DNA of 64,000 nt from an uncultured Gammaproteobacteria bacterium (lineage in GTDB: Bacteria; Patescibacteriota; Microgenomatia; Woykebacterales; RBG-16-39-9b), in the NCBI GenBank assembly GCA_964360785.1, contig CAYHXX010000002.1:92107-156106 (forward strand). Reading direction: 5' to 3'. The translations under genes and the position numbers were made by a program. This document shows, piece by piece, positions 26,236 through 35,210 of this stretch (position 1 is its first letter; the number at the start of each line of letters is the position of its first letter). The notes below the pieces were generated by a model, which had not been told where the DNA came from, made no database searches, and saw only the letters and a program-made list of their open reading frames with translations.

Positions 26236-28338
26236 ATGCCCTACTATCCTGACCCTGAAGAAGCTCCAGAACCCTCGGAAGACTTTTCCCCACAACAAAG
26301 TGGCGGTGGTTCCTCCGAAGAAGACGAACGCCGTAGTGGTCGTAGTCAACTAGACAATCTCCAAGATGCCAACCGTTTGCGCGAAAAACTTTCTGGAAAA
26401 GGCGAAGGCGGTGCTGGAGCGACAGATGCTGCTGGAACTGCTGGGGCTGGTGGAGAAATGGCGGGTGAGGGAGCAGGAACCGCAACTGGAAGTGCCGGAG
26501 GCGCTGCTGTTACAGGTTCAGGTGGTGCTGCAGCTAGCAGTGCTGGTGGGGCCGCAGCTTCTGCTACAGCAGGTGGTGCAGGTGCGGCAACCGGAACTAT
26601 TGCTACAGGAGGCGCGGCTGTCTCTACCTCAGCTGGGGTTGGGGTCGGAGGGGCACTTTCATCGACTGGAGTGGGTGCGTTAGTAGGAGCGCCATTAATA
26701 GCCGCGTCAGCGGCAACAAACGATAAAGGACGTAAAGCTATAATTTTTGGTGGTTGCGGTTGTTTAAGTCTAGTCGTATTTTTGGCGGTAGGAGTGATGG
26801 GAGCTTTTGTTGGTGGTGGGAACGGGGAGGCAGCGGGTGATGGTGGCAATAATTCAAGCCGCTTAACGATTTCTAAAACAGTAACTCCAAATATTATTCC
26901 CAAAGGAACGGCGAATGCCGTGGTTACCTATACCATTACTGTGAAAAATCAGTCGGATAAAGATGCCGCTAATGTGGTGGTCTCTGATACTTTTTCAAGC
27001 GCACCTGGGGAGGCAACGGCATTTGCAGCTAGCATTACTGGCTATGAAGCTTCTTATTCGATCGGTATACTCTCGCCTGGTCAAACCAACACCAAGACTT
27101 TTACTGTTACTATCCCCAACACCGATTTCGATCCTGGTTGGGTACTAACCAACCTAGCAACCGTCACCGGAAGCATTGATAGTGGTAATGAATCTTCAAG
27201 TGCAAATGCAACTATAATAATCGGCAACCCACCAATAATCCCGCCAACTGGTTGCCCGATGGATGGTGACATCACTACTCCTTATGGTTCTAATATCCCA
27301 GGCTATGTTGTCGTAGATGGTAAAATACTCGACCATGATGGTGTTGATTTGGGAAACCACAAAAAAGATAACGCGCCGGTTTACGCAACCATCAGTGGTA
27401 TTCTCACCTATGCAAACTACAACTCGCAAAACAACGGTGAACTAACCCAAAGGATTATTATCAGTAACGGGATTTATCAAGTGGAATACTTTCACCTTTC
27501 TGAAAACGGTAAAGCCCCTGAAGGCCCAGTTGTGATTGGACAAAAAATTGGTAATGAGGATGAGACTGGTTATACTGCTGGGGAGCACTTGCATTATGAA
27601 ATCAGGGTCAATGGTAACCGCGTCAACCCAACGGAGTTTATGTCAGCAAGTCTTAATTATACCCAACCAGCAGCTAATGACTTTACTGGCTTTGAGGACT
27701 TGGATCCTTGGGGGACTTGCAACACATTGCCGCAAGAGCCAATAACTAACCCCCCGCCACTGCCACCGGTTGCTTCCGAATACTTTAACTTTTCAGATGC
27801 TGGTGATAAAGCTTGGACCCAAGCTGAAAAAGACGCCGTTTCCAAAGCAATACTGACACCGGTACAATCAGCCACCTGGAAGAATTTGGTCTTTGGTGCT
27901 GGTAAGGTTACCATTACTCGCAGTTTTGCTGACACATCTTGCCCGGACGTTTGTAGTGGTTATGCATCTGGAGCAAACACCTTAATTTTAAGGGATTACT
28001 TTTTCACTCTCCCTGATAACGGTCAGGTATTTGTGATCACCCACGAGTTAACCCATATTCTTCAGAAAAGAAGTCCGCAAGTTGAAACAGCTTTTAGAGC
28101 AAGCCCTGCCTACCAAGAATTTTTGGATAAGGGAGTTGTCCGTAGCTACCCACTTTGTTCCGGCTCTGGTGAGACTTGCCCTGGATACGACGATATCACC
28201 CCTTTTAACGAAAATTTTGCAGAAATGGCGGGAAACTATGTTGCTGATCGGAATAATTACCCGCTGGATTTTCCGTTAGAATATCCAGAGCATTACAAAT
28301 TTGCACGCGACAGTCTTTTTGGAGGGACAAGCTTCTAA
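26236..28338 (+). CDS. membrane-anchored protein: Gly/Ala-rich N-terminus, DUF11-like Ig domain, M23 peptidase, HEXXH zincin
   Basis: HDGVD, YFHL, HLHYE; HELTH...ENFAE. Confidence 0.85.
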   Translation: MPYYPDPEEAPEPSEDFSPQQSGGGSSEEDERRSGRSQLDNLQDANRLREKLSGKGEGGAGATDAAGTAGAGGEMAGEGAGTATGSAGGAAVTGSGGAAASSAGGAAASATAGGAGAATGTIATGGAAVSTSAGVGVGGALSSTGVGALVGAPLIAASAATNDKGRKAIIFGGCGCLSLVVFLAVGVMGAFVGGGNGEAAGDGGNNSSRLTISKTVTPNIIPKGTANAVVTYTITVKNQSDKDAANVVVSDTFSSAPGEATAFAASITGYEASYSIGILSPGQTNTKTFTVTIPNTDFDPGWVLTNLATVTGSIDSGNESSSANATIIIGNPPIIPPTGCPMDGDITTPYGSNIPGYVVVDGKILDHDGVDLGNHKKDNAPVYATISGILTYANYNSQNNGELTQRIIISNGIYQVEYFHLSENGKAPEGPVVIGQKIGNEDETGYTAGEHLHYEIRVNGNRVNPTEFMSASLNYTQPAANDFTGFEDLDPWGTCNTLPQEPITNPPPLPPVASEYFNFSDAGDKAWTQAEKDAVSKAILTPVQSATWKNLVFGAGKVTITRSFADTSCPDVCSGYASGANTLILRDYFFTLPDNGQVFVITHELTHILQKRSPQVETAFRASPAYQEFLDKGVVRSYPLCSGSGETCPGYDDITPFNENFAEMAGNYVADRNNYPLDFPLEYPEHYKFARDSLFGGTSF

Positions 28339-29352
28339 ATGGAAATTCAAAAACTGCGCTATTTGTTTGGGGACGTTTTCAAAATATGTTTGATAACGAC
28401 CTTAGTAGGTGTTGTAATCTTTGGTGTTTATGCCTTTGTTACGCGTGACAATGACATTTACGGAAAGCTGCCAAAACCCTATTTTCAAAACTCTCTTACC
28501 AGGGAAGTCGTCTGGGATGCCTCCGCAGTTTCACTTGATACACCAGCACAGGAGGTGGTGTTTAAAGTTAAAAACCGCAAAATTTCTCGGGAGCAGTCCT
28601 GGGGATTAGCAGGAAAGTTGGGATTACCCAGGGGTGGAACAATCGAGTTGGATAAAAATAAGGACGAGCATTACTACACAAAAAATGCTACATCTGAGTT
28701 ATCCATTAATCTTACAGACGGAAGTGTACATTACAAAAACTCAGGAGTAACTGCCTCCACCTTAGCAACTTCAACTATAAATAAAACCCAGGCTGCTGCT
28801 GAGGCAAAAAAGTTCGTCGCTGGTTTAGGTATAAATACAAAGACTTATGATCTAAAGCAACCTAAATATGAATTTTTGCAACGTACCCCAGGATCAAACC
28901 ATCTGAGTGAGGTAAAGGAAAACAAGGCAAACATCGTTTATGTTTCTTTTAATCGGAAAATTGATGGTGTTGATGTTGTGACAGTCGGTGGTTTTGACTC
29001 TCTGTCAATTGGTTTAAATAATCAAAATCAAGTAATAAGCCTTAACTACTCGGTACTTGAAGTAATTGCCGATACAAACGCTAGTTACAAACTAATTTCA
29101 GAGGGTAGTGCTCAAAGCAAAATCAAAAAAGGTCAGGGAAATCTAAACCGTTATCTTATCGATGCTGAAGAAGCAGTCGCTAATCCATCTTTAATCAGTG
29201 TTGGTAAAGGCAAGACTTATTTTTACAATGACCAAAAAACAGAATTCCTCCAACCAATTTATGTTTTCGAGGCCGATGCTGTAACTGGGAACCAGGCGGA
29301 AAAAGCAGAAATTTATCTACCTGCCTTAAAAGATACTTATTTCTCAAAATAG
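28339..29352 (+). CDS. membrane-anchored hypothetical protein
   Basis: 337 aa, N-terminal TM, C-terminal FLQPIYVF...YLPAL. Confidence 0.8.
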   Translation: MEIQKLRYLFGDVFKICLITTLVGVVIFGVYAFVTRDNDIYGKLPKPYFQNSLTREVVWDASAVSLDTPAQEVVFKVKNRKISREQSWGLAGKLGLPRGGTIELDKNKDEHYYTKNATSELSINLTDGSVHYKNSGVTASTLATSTINKTQAAAEAKKFVAGLGINTKTYDLKQPKYEFLQRTPGSNHLSEVKENKANIVYVSFNRKIDGVDVVTVGGFDSLSIGLNNQNQVISLNYSVLEVIADTNASYKLISEGSAQSKIKKGQGNLNRYLIDAEEAVANPSLISVGKGKTYFYNDQKTEFLQPIYVFEADAVTGNQAEKAEIYLPALKDTYFSK

Positions 29353-29361
29353 CTAACTAGT

Positions 29362-29784
29362 TTATTTACAGAAAGTAGCTGCGTCAGAGCCGGCGGTTGG
29401 TAAGCAGAAACTTCCTAGTCCGGGAATAGCCACAAAACCCACAATAATTGAGATGATTATATAGGCAGAAAGAATCACAATCAAACCGACTACGGCCCAA
29501 GTAAGGGTACCTCGAGCGGAGGTAAGTGCTTTGGGATCTCCTTGGGCGGTAATGAAGGCAACGCCACCTCGGATAAACATAAAAAGTACGGCAAATCCTG
29601 CAAAAGTAGCTATAACGGACACTAGGTTGGCAAAGACAATAACTAAGTCAGAAAGCTTGGCAAAGCCCCCTTCTTGGGGAACAGGAGTTACTGCGAAAGT
29701 GGGGCTAGCAGAAACAATTACTGCAAATGCCGCTAGGAGTAGTGAGCGGAGAAATTTCATGATTACTTTTGAATTAATCACCAA
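29362..29784 (-). CDS. VirB2/TrbC-like pilin
   Basis: GGVAFITAQGDPKALTSARGTLTWAVVGL. Confidence 0.88.
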   Translation of the reverse strand: MVINSKVIMKFLRSLLLAAFAVIVSASPTFAVTPVPQEGGFAKLSDLVIVFANLVSVIATFAGFAVLFMFIRGGVAFITAQGDPKALTSARGTLTWAVVGLIVILSAYIIISIIVGFVAIPGLGSFCLPTAGSDAATFCK

Positions 29785-29814
29785 AAGGCTAGCTATTTGA
29801 TGCCTGGAAAAACC

Positions 29815-30210
29815 TTAGCTCCCGCTTCCAGCAGTGTTATCTGTCCCAGGGAACTTGAAATTAAATATATCAATTCCAAAGACTTGGCCCAGTATCAAGG
29901 TAATTGCATAGGCAGCCACGACAACAATCAAACCGACAACAGCGGCAGTGATTCGGTCCCGTGCAGATTGGGCCGCCTTAGCGTCTCCGCCAGCAGTAAT
30001 CCACTGAATACCACCAACAATGATAAAGAAGAAAGTCAGTAATCCAGCGAAAAAGAAGAGTAACGAAAGAGCATTACTCATTAGCTTACCCATTTCTGGA
30101 AAAGGGATTCCACTTTTGTCAAAACCGGTAACGTCTTGAGCAAACGCAGGAGTTGCGGATGCCAGTAAGACTATGGTTGATGAGGCAAGCGACAATAAAC
30201 GTCGCATCAA
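29815..30210 (-). CDS. VirB2/TrbC-like pilin
   Basis: GGIQWITAGGDAKAAQSARDRITAAVVGL; AAGGAGGTGA SD. Confidence 0.9.
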   Translation of the reverse strand: MMRRLLSLASSTIVLLASATPAFAQDVTGFDKSGIPFPEMGKLMSNALSLLFFFAGLLTFFFIIVGGIQWITAGGDAKAAQSARDRITAAVVGLIVVVAAYAITLILGQVFGIDIFNFKFPGTDNTAGSGS

Positions 30211-30304
30211 ATAGTCACCTCCTTGAGGTTAGGAATACAAGATTCCTGATTAGAACGCAGTAATAGAGTTATTATATTCATAACAAATCCAGCATTTCAA
30301 GTGG

Positions 30305-30721
30305 TCAACTAAAACTAAAGCCACTAACAATCCGAATTCCAAAAACTTTCTCCAAGATCAAAGCAATTGCATAGGCAGCAACGACAATGATCAGACCGAC
30401 GACAGCGTTGGTCAGGCGGCGGCGTGCCGAGTCCAGCGCTTTCTGATCTCCACCCGAACTGATCCACTGAATCCCGCCAATGACGAGATTGAAAAACATG
30501 GCTACCCCAGCAACAAAGAACGCAAGGGATAAGAGAATATTGAAAATATCCCCAAGATTATTAAGACTGGGCAAAGGATTTTTCAGGCTAAATATTGGGC
30601 TAGCATCACCACCACTGTCACCACTTCCTGAAGGCGGGGTTGTAGCCGCTGCTTTCACTGACGCTACCCGCGAGAGAAAGATAGCAAACCCAGAGAAAAA
30701 TGTAAGCAAATATCTTTTCAT
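30305..30721 (-). CDS. VirB2/TrbC-like pilin
   Basis: GGIQWISSGGDQKALDSARRRLTNAVVGL. Confidence 0.9.
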   Translation of the reverse strand: MKRYLLTFFSGFAIFLSRVASVKAAATTPPSGSGDSGGDASPIFSLKNPLPSLNNLGDIFNILLSLAFFVAGVAMFFNLVIGGIQWISSGGDQKALDSARRRLTNAVVGLIIVVAAYAIALILEKVFGIRIVSGFSFS

Positions 30722-31119
30722 CCAAATTTTATAAAACTTTTAATTCCAAAGAGTGTAAAGAGCAGTTGGGTGATCAAAAAAGCGGCAACAACGATGACCA
30801 GACCGATGACAGCCTGGGTCAAGGTTGCACGAGCGGCCGTAGCTGCTTTCTCATCGCCACCGGACATAATGTAGCGGATACCACCAAGGATAAACATAAA
30901 GAAAAAGATAATACCAGCAACAGCGTAGAGTAGTTGCACTAGTTTGCCAATAATTTCGTTGATGTCGGTTGGCAGAAAAAGCTTGTCTTGGTCGATTATT
31001 CCGACTCCCTTCGTCCCACTATCTTTATCTTCAGGTAGAGCGGCGAGAATTGGGTTTGCAAATAAAGTAAGAAAAACTAGAACAGAGTAGAAAAGAGCTT
31101 GTATTTTGGCAAACTTCAT
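30718..31119 (-). CDS. VirB2/TrbC-like pilin
   Basis: GGIRYIMSGGDEKAATAARATLTQAVIGL. Confidence 0.9.
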   Translation of the reverse strand: MKFAKIQALFYSVLVFLTLFANPILAALPEDKDSGTKGVGIIDQDKLFLPTDINEIIGKLVQLLYAVAGIIFFFMFILGGIRYIMSGGDEKAATAARATLTQAVIGLVIVVAAFLITQLLFTLFGIKSFIKFG

Positions 31120-32204
31120 GTAATCAATCCTCCACGGTTAAAGACAACTTGTGCGATTAATCTAATTATGACCAAAGCCGAGATGAGAAGCAATAACCCC
31201 ACGGCAGCGTTGGTCAAGGTACTGCGAGCTTCGGAAACAGCTTTTTCGTCCCCGCGGGCAATCATATAGCGCAAACCACCCCAGAGCAGCATAAAGAAAA
31301 AAGCTAAACAACCAACTGCCAATAAAGCAAGCAATATTTGGGTCACCAACTCACCAAAGCTTTGGTAATCTTTGCCAACACAATTTCCAGTAGCGAGTTG
31401 GAAAGCACAAGAAAGATCAAACGAGTTGTTAGTAATTTTTCCAACCTCGTTACTACCTCCAAAAAAACTAATTCCAAAACGTTTTTCGAAAACTCCGCTG
31501 ACAGCAGCCGACCCCAGCACTATTACAAGACCGATTACCGATCCGGTCATTGTCCCTCGAGCACTATCTACTGCTTTTGGATCACCTCGGGAGGTTAGAT
31601 AACGCAGAGCCCCGATCGAGAAGACTATGACAGCTAGGAAGCCAACCAAAGTAAAAACAATTACCAGAGCGTTGGTAATCAAACCCCCCAAACTAAATTT
31701 TCCTCCGGTCGGGTCCGTAACTTTACTTAGAGTAGCATCGGTTATAACACCAGAACCGTCAGGGCCGCTTGGCGAACCTTCGCTTGGAGATCCGTCACTA
31801 GGTGGTGGGGTAGTTGTTGGAGGTGTGGAGGTAGAGGTCCCAGGAGTAAAACTTTGCCCATCACTGGGTGAGCAGGGTCCAAAACCAACAAACCCAACCC
31901 TGGTGGTATAGGTATGCCCATTAATAAAGCCAAGGCCCTGGGGAAGAGTAATAGATTTTTGGCTTTCACCAGTTGAAATAGTTGCATTGATAACTTGACC
32001 AACTAAAGCCCCATTTTTGGAAGGGTCAACCACATAAACAGTATATTTCCCTGGTTGACCAGTAAGGCCCACAATTGCATCAGAATTGGAAGTTACTGTC
32101 GCGACAGAAAAACTACAAGTCGCCGCATTAACTTGCTGAGGGGTTTGAAGAAAGAAGGATCCAAAGGAAAATAGTAAGATTGGAAGAAAAAGAAATTTTT
32201 TCAT
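31116..32204 (-). CDS. tandem double VirB2-like pilin with N-terminal beta domain
   Basis: Two pilin motifs (SRGDPKAVDSAR, ARGDEKAVSEAR) after a Pro/Thr/Ser linker. Confidence 0.85.
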   Translation of the reverse strand: MKKFLFLPILLFSFGSFFLQTPQQVNAATCSFSVATVTSNSDAIVGLTGQPGKYTVYVVDPSKNGALVGQVINATISTGESQKSITLPQGLGFINGHTYTTRVGFVGFGPCSPSDGQSFTPGTSTSTPPTTTPPPSDGSPSEGSPSGPDGSGVITDATLSKVTDPTGGKFSLGGLITNALVIVFTLVGFLAVIVFSIGALRYLTSRGDPKAVDSARGTMTGSVIGLVIVLGSAAVSGVFEKRFGISFFGGSNEVGKITNNSFDLSCAFQLATGNCVGKDYQSFGELVTQILLALLAVGCLAFFFMLLWGGLRYMIARGDEKAVSEARSTLTNAAVGLLLLISALVIIRLIAQVVFNRGGLIT

Positions 32205-32563
32205 TAAAGTGGTAATCCTAAAATATCGACTCCGATAAGATTTAGTAAAAATACGGAAAAAACTATCAGTAGTAGTCCAATGATTGCGCTCGTGATCGTC
32301 TCACGTGCTTCTTGAATCGCCTTTGGATCACCTTGGGAGAAGACCAGACGAAAGCCTCCGAAGACAATCATCAAAAAGGCAATCCCACCACCAACACCAA
32401 TGGCTATGGTCAAGATAGTATTGACTAATTCGGTGGGGTTAGTATTGATCTTCCCAAGAGCGGTGCAAACCGTGCCCTCTGGGCAATCCTCGGCTCGTAC
32501 AATGAACGCTGTTTTTAAAAAACCAAGAATAACAAAGGACCAAGCAAAGAGTTTTTTATACAT
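32204..32563 (-). CDS. VirB2/TrbC-like pilin
   Basis: CTALGKI...SQGDPKAIQEARETITSAIIGL. Confidence 0.9.
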   Translation of the reverse strand: MYKKLFAWSFVILGFLKTAFIVRAEDCPEGTVCTALGKINTNPTELVNTILTIAIGVGGGIAFLMIVFGGFRLVFSQGDPKAIQEARETITSAIIGLLLIVFSVFLLNLIGVDILGLPL

Positions 32564-32661
32564 AGGACAGATGTTCTAATCGTAGCTAAATAAGCTCTAA
32601 GTGTCAATTTTCGCTATCTTTGCTCAATTAGGGTAAAATTAGAGTACCTTAAAGAGGAGTT

Positions 32662-34326
32662 ATGGCCAAAAAATTAGGGTCTTTACTCGTCGTTAGCTGC
32701 TTCCTCATCTTTTTTACCTCTTCTATCAAAGCTGATGAACTGCTCGACGTTCAAAATCAAATAAACAAGAAAAATTCTCAACTCACTAACACTGAGAAAA
32801 CACTGGAACGTTTAAAAAAAGATATCGTTAGCCTCTCGTCGGGCATAACTGGAACACAGGCGGATTTGGAGAAAGCTAAGGTGCAAGCTGAAGAAGTTAG
32901 GAAAGAGCTTGATAAAACCGAAACAAGTCTGTCCGAACGGCGAGAGTCACTAAGCTATTTAATCGAAGTAAGAAATAAACAGATAAGAGCAATCTACCAA
33001 AATCCGCAAAGAACAAACCTAGAACTTTTCTTGACACAGGACCTAACAGGTTTTACTGAAATGCTGTCGTATCAATCTCAGGTATTTAACGACTCGCGTA
33101 ATTTGGTAAAAGCTGTAAATGAGGAAGTGGTTTCAATGGAAAAAGACCAAACTTCTTTGCGTAACTCAAAGACTGAGTTGGAAAATTTGGTTGCGGCACT
33201 TGATGCTCGTTACAAGGAACAAAAACAAAGTCTTGCTTCGGCAGCCTCAAGACAAGTCACCTTGTCCAAAGGTCTTGACTTGATCAAGTCAGATATTACA
33301 AGAGCTTTGATTCGAAAATCCGAACTCGATGAACAGCGTCGAGGTAGTTTTTCCGGCGCCCCACCAGTTCCATTTTCTCAAGGACCGCCGGGGACAGTTT
33401 ATTACTTTTTCTACGGGATTGGTAAGTATTCATCAATGGGGCACGGCATTGGAATGAGTCAGTGGGGGGCGAAAGGTTATGCCCAAAAAGGTTGGAGCGC
33501 GACCAGCATATTGCAAAAATATTACACCGGGGTGAATATTGGTGGGTACACCCAACCGGGAACTATACGGGTTCGAATTTACTCATCTTGTACTAGCAGT
33601 AACTTACTACGTGAAGAAGTTATGGACTTTAACACTTATTTGAAAGGGGTTAGTGAAATGTTTTCAGACTGGCCTTTAGAAGCGCAAAAAGCACAAGCGA
33701 TTGCGGCTCGAACTTATGCAATAAGGGTCGTTAACAACAAAGGCTTTATCGAAGGGAATACCTATGACCAATGTTACACTGGAAATACTTCACGGGCAAT
33801 TTGGAACCAAGCAGTGGATCAAACAAATGGTTTAGTAGTAACGTCCGGTGGTAGTCTTGCTGCTACTTATTATTCAGCCTCACATGGTGGTCACAGTGAA
33901 AACAACGAAAATGTTTGGCAGGGTTGGACTGGGAGTGGTTATCAAGGTTATCCAGTCAGCTATCTAAGAGGTGTTTCGGATGCTGATTCCGGAGGAGTCG
34001 GTCCTAATGATAATTGGGGTTGGAATACAAAATATTCTTATACCTTGCCGCAAATAAGGCAAATATTAAGAAAGCAAGGTTTGATAGCAGCTGAAAATGC
34101 TTGGATAGATAGCAGGGTAGGGACCTTAACAGGTCTGGGTATAGAAAGAGGTGTTTCTGGAAGGGTTGCTTGGGTTGTTCTTTACGGAACTTCTGGAACT
34201 GCTAAAATCCCAGGTATGGTGTTTAGAGCATCTTTCAACTCGTTTCCTGCGGATGGTAGTCCAGCAGTAAACGGGGACGATGCTATGTTTAGTGTCAATT
34301 TCAGCATTGGCAATCAAGTTAAGTGA
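32662..34326 (+). CDS. SpoIID/LytB lytic transglycosylase with N-terminal coiled coil
   Basis: GHGIGMSQWGA, EAQKAQAIAARTYA, YLRGVSD. Confidence 0.9.
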   Translation: MAKKLGSLLVVSCFLIFFTSSIKADELLDVQNQINKKNSQLTNTEKTLERLKKDIVSLSSGITGTQADLEKAKVQAEEVRKELDKTETSLSERRESLSYLIEVRNKQIRAIYQNPQRTNLELFLTQDLTGFTEMLSYQSQVFNDSRNLVKAVNEEVVSMEKDQTSLRNSKTELENLVAALDARYKEQKQSLASAASRQVTLSKGLDLIKSDITRALIRKSELDEQRRGSFSGAPPVPFSQGPPGTVYYFFYGIGKYSSMGHGIGMSQWGAKGYAQKGWSATSILQKYYTGVNIGGYTQPGTIRVRIYSSCTSSNLLREEVMDFNTYLKGVSEMFSDWPLEAQKAQAIAARTYAIRVVNNKGFIEGNTYDQCYTGNTSRAIWNQAVDQTNGLVVTSGGSLAATYYSASHGGHSENNENVWQGWTGSGYQGYPVSYLRGVSDADSGGVGPNDNWGWNTKYSYTLPQIRQILRKQGLIAAENAWIDSRVGTLTGLGIERGVSGRVAWVVLYGTSGTAKIPGMVFRASFNSFPADGSPAVNGDDAMFSVNFSIGNQVK

Positions 34327-34366
34327 TCTACTAATTCCCAAAGGCATTTGTTAGAATAGATCCGCG

Positions 34367-34909
34367 ATGCCAGATGAGATAAAACCCACAATTCATTTTG
34401 AAACCCAAGCAGCCGATGAAGAAATAATTTTGTTACTTAGAGCTCACGTGATCTCAAATTTGCCTTGGGTTTTTTTGGTAGTAATCTTGTTTCTTTTACC
34501 GCTGATTATTTCCCTAACCAACACCTTTGATCCCATCTTTGATCCCCTTGGTATATCAGAGACATCGGCAAGAATTTTGACACTTTCCTGGTATTTTTTA
34601 GCTTTTGCGGTTGCCTTGCAGAATATTTTGCATTGGTATTTCAATGTCTACATACTAACCAATAAAAGAATAGTCGATATTGATTTTCAACAGTTGCTTT
34701 ATCGAAAGATCAGTAGTACTGAGCTTTCCAACGTCCAGGATATTACCTATACCAAAGGGGGAATTCCGCAATCTCTATTTGATTATGGAGACTTGCATGT
34801 GCAGACAGCTGGGACCTTGCCTCAGTTTGAATTTCTCCGAGTACCAAACCCAGGAGAGGTACAGAAAGAAATAGAAAAAGCTGTAGGAGAATACAAAAAT
34901 GGACTTTAA
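34367..34909 (+). CDS. membrane protein with bacterial PH domain
   Basis: WYFNVYILTNKRIVDIDF, DYGDLHVQTAG. Confidence 0.88.
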   Translation: MPDEIKPTIHFETQAADEEIILLLRAHVISNLPWVFLVVILFLLPLIISLTNTFDPIFDPLGISETSARILTLSWYFLAFAVALQNILHWYFNVYILTNKRIVDIDFQQLLYRKISSTELSNVQDITYTKGGIPQSLFDYGDLHVQTAGTLPQFEFLRVPNPGEVQKEIEKAVGEYKNGL

Positions 34910-35132
34910 TTTAACTGCTTTTTTCCAGGCCGACCCTGTTAATGTGGGAATTAGAATATTTACGATTTTGTTCCTGATTATTTTTGTTTTTTACTCTTTA
35001 CTTACCATCCGTCAAGTGAGTATTATGAATCATTCACTAGTTACTCGACTGGAGATTGGGATAGCTTTACTTGCTTGGTTTCAACTAGCTCTTGGTTTAC
35101 TAGCTTTGGGAATTGTCCTGTTTCTTATCTAG
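34899..35132 (+). CDS. small two-TM membrane protein
   Basis: 77 aa, IRQVSIMNHSL. Confidence 0.8.
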   Translation: MDFNLTAFFQADPVNVGIRIFTILFLIIFVFYSLLTIRQVSIMNHSLVTRLEIGIALLAWFQLALGLLALGIVLFLI

Positions 35133-35210
35133 GTAATTGAAGATCTATATCCCGCTGAAGCGTGATATATTTTGAAGCTAGGAATTCTAGAATTAAGGTG
35201 GCTCCAAATT

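Noticed and set aside
13989-32563. Integrative conjugative element
   Set aside because: No relaxase, integrase or att ends; matches the resident Patescibacteria T4SS gene set.
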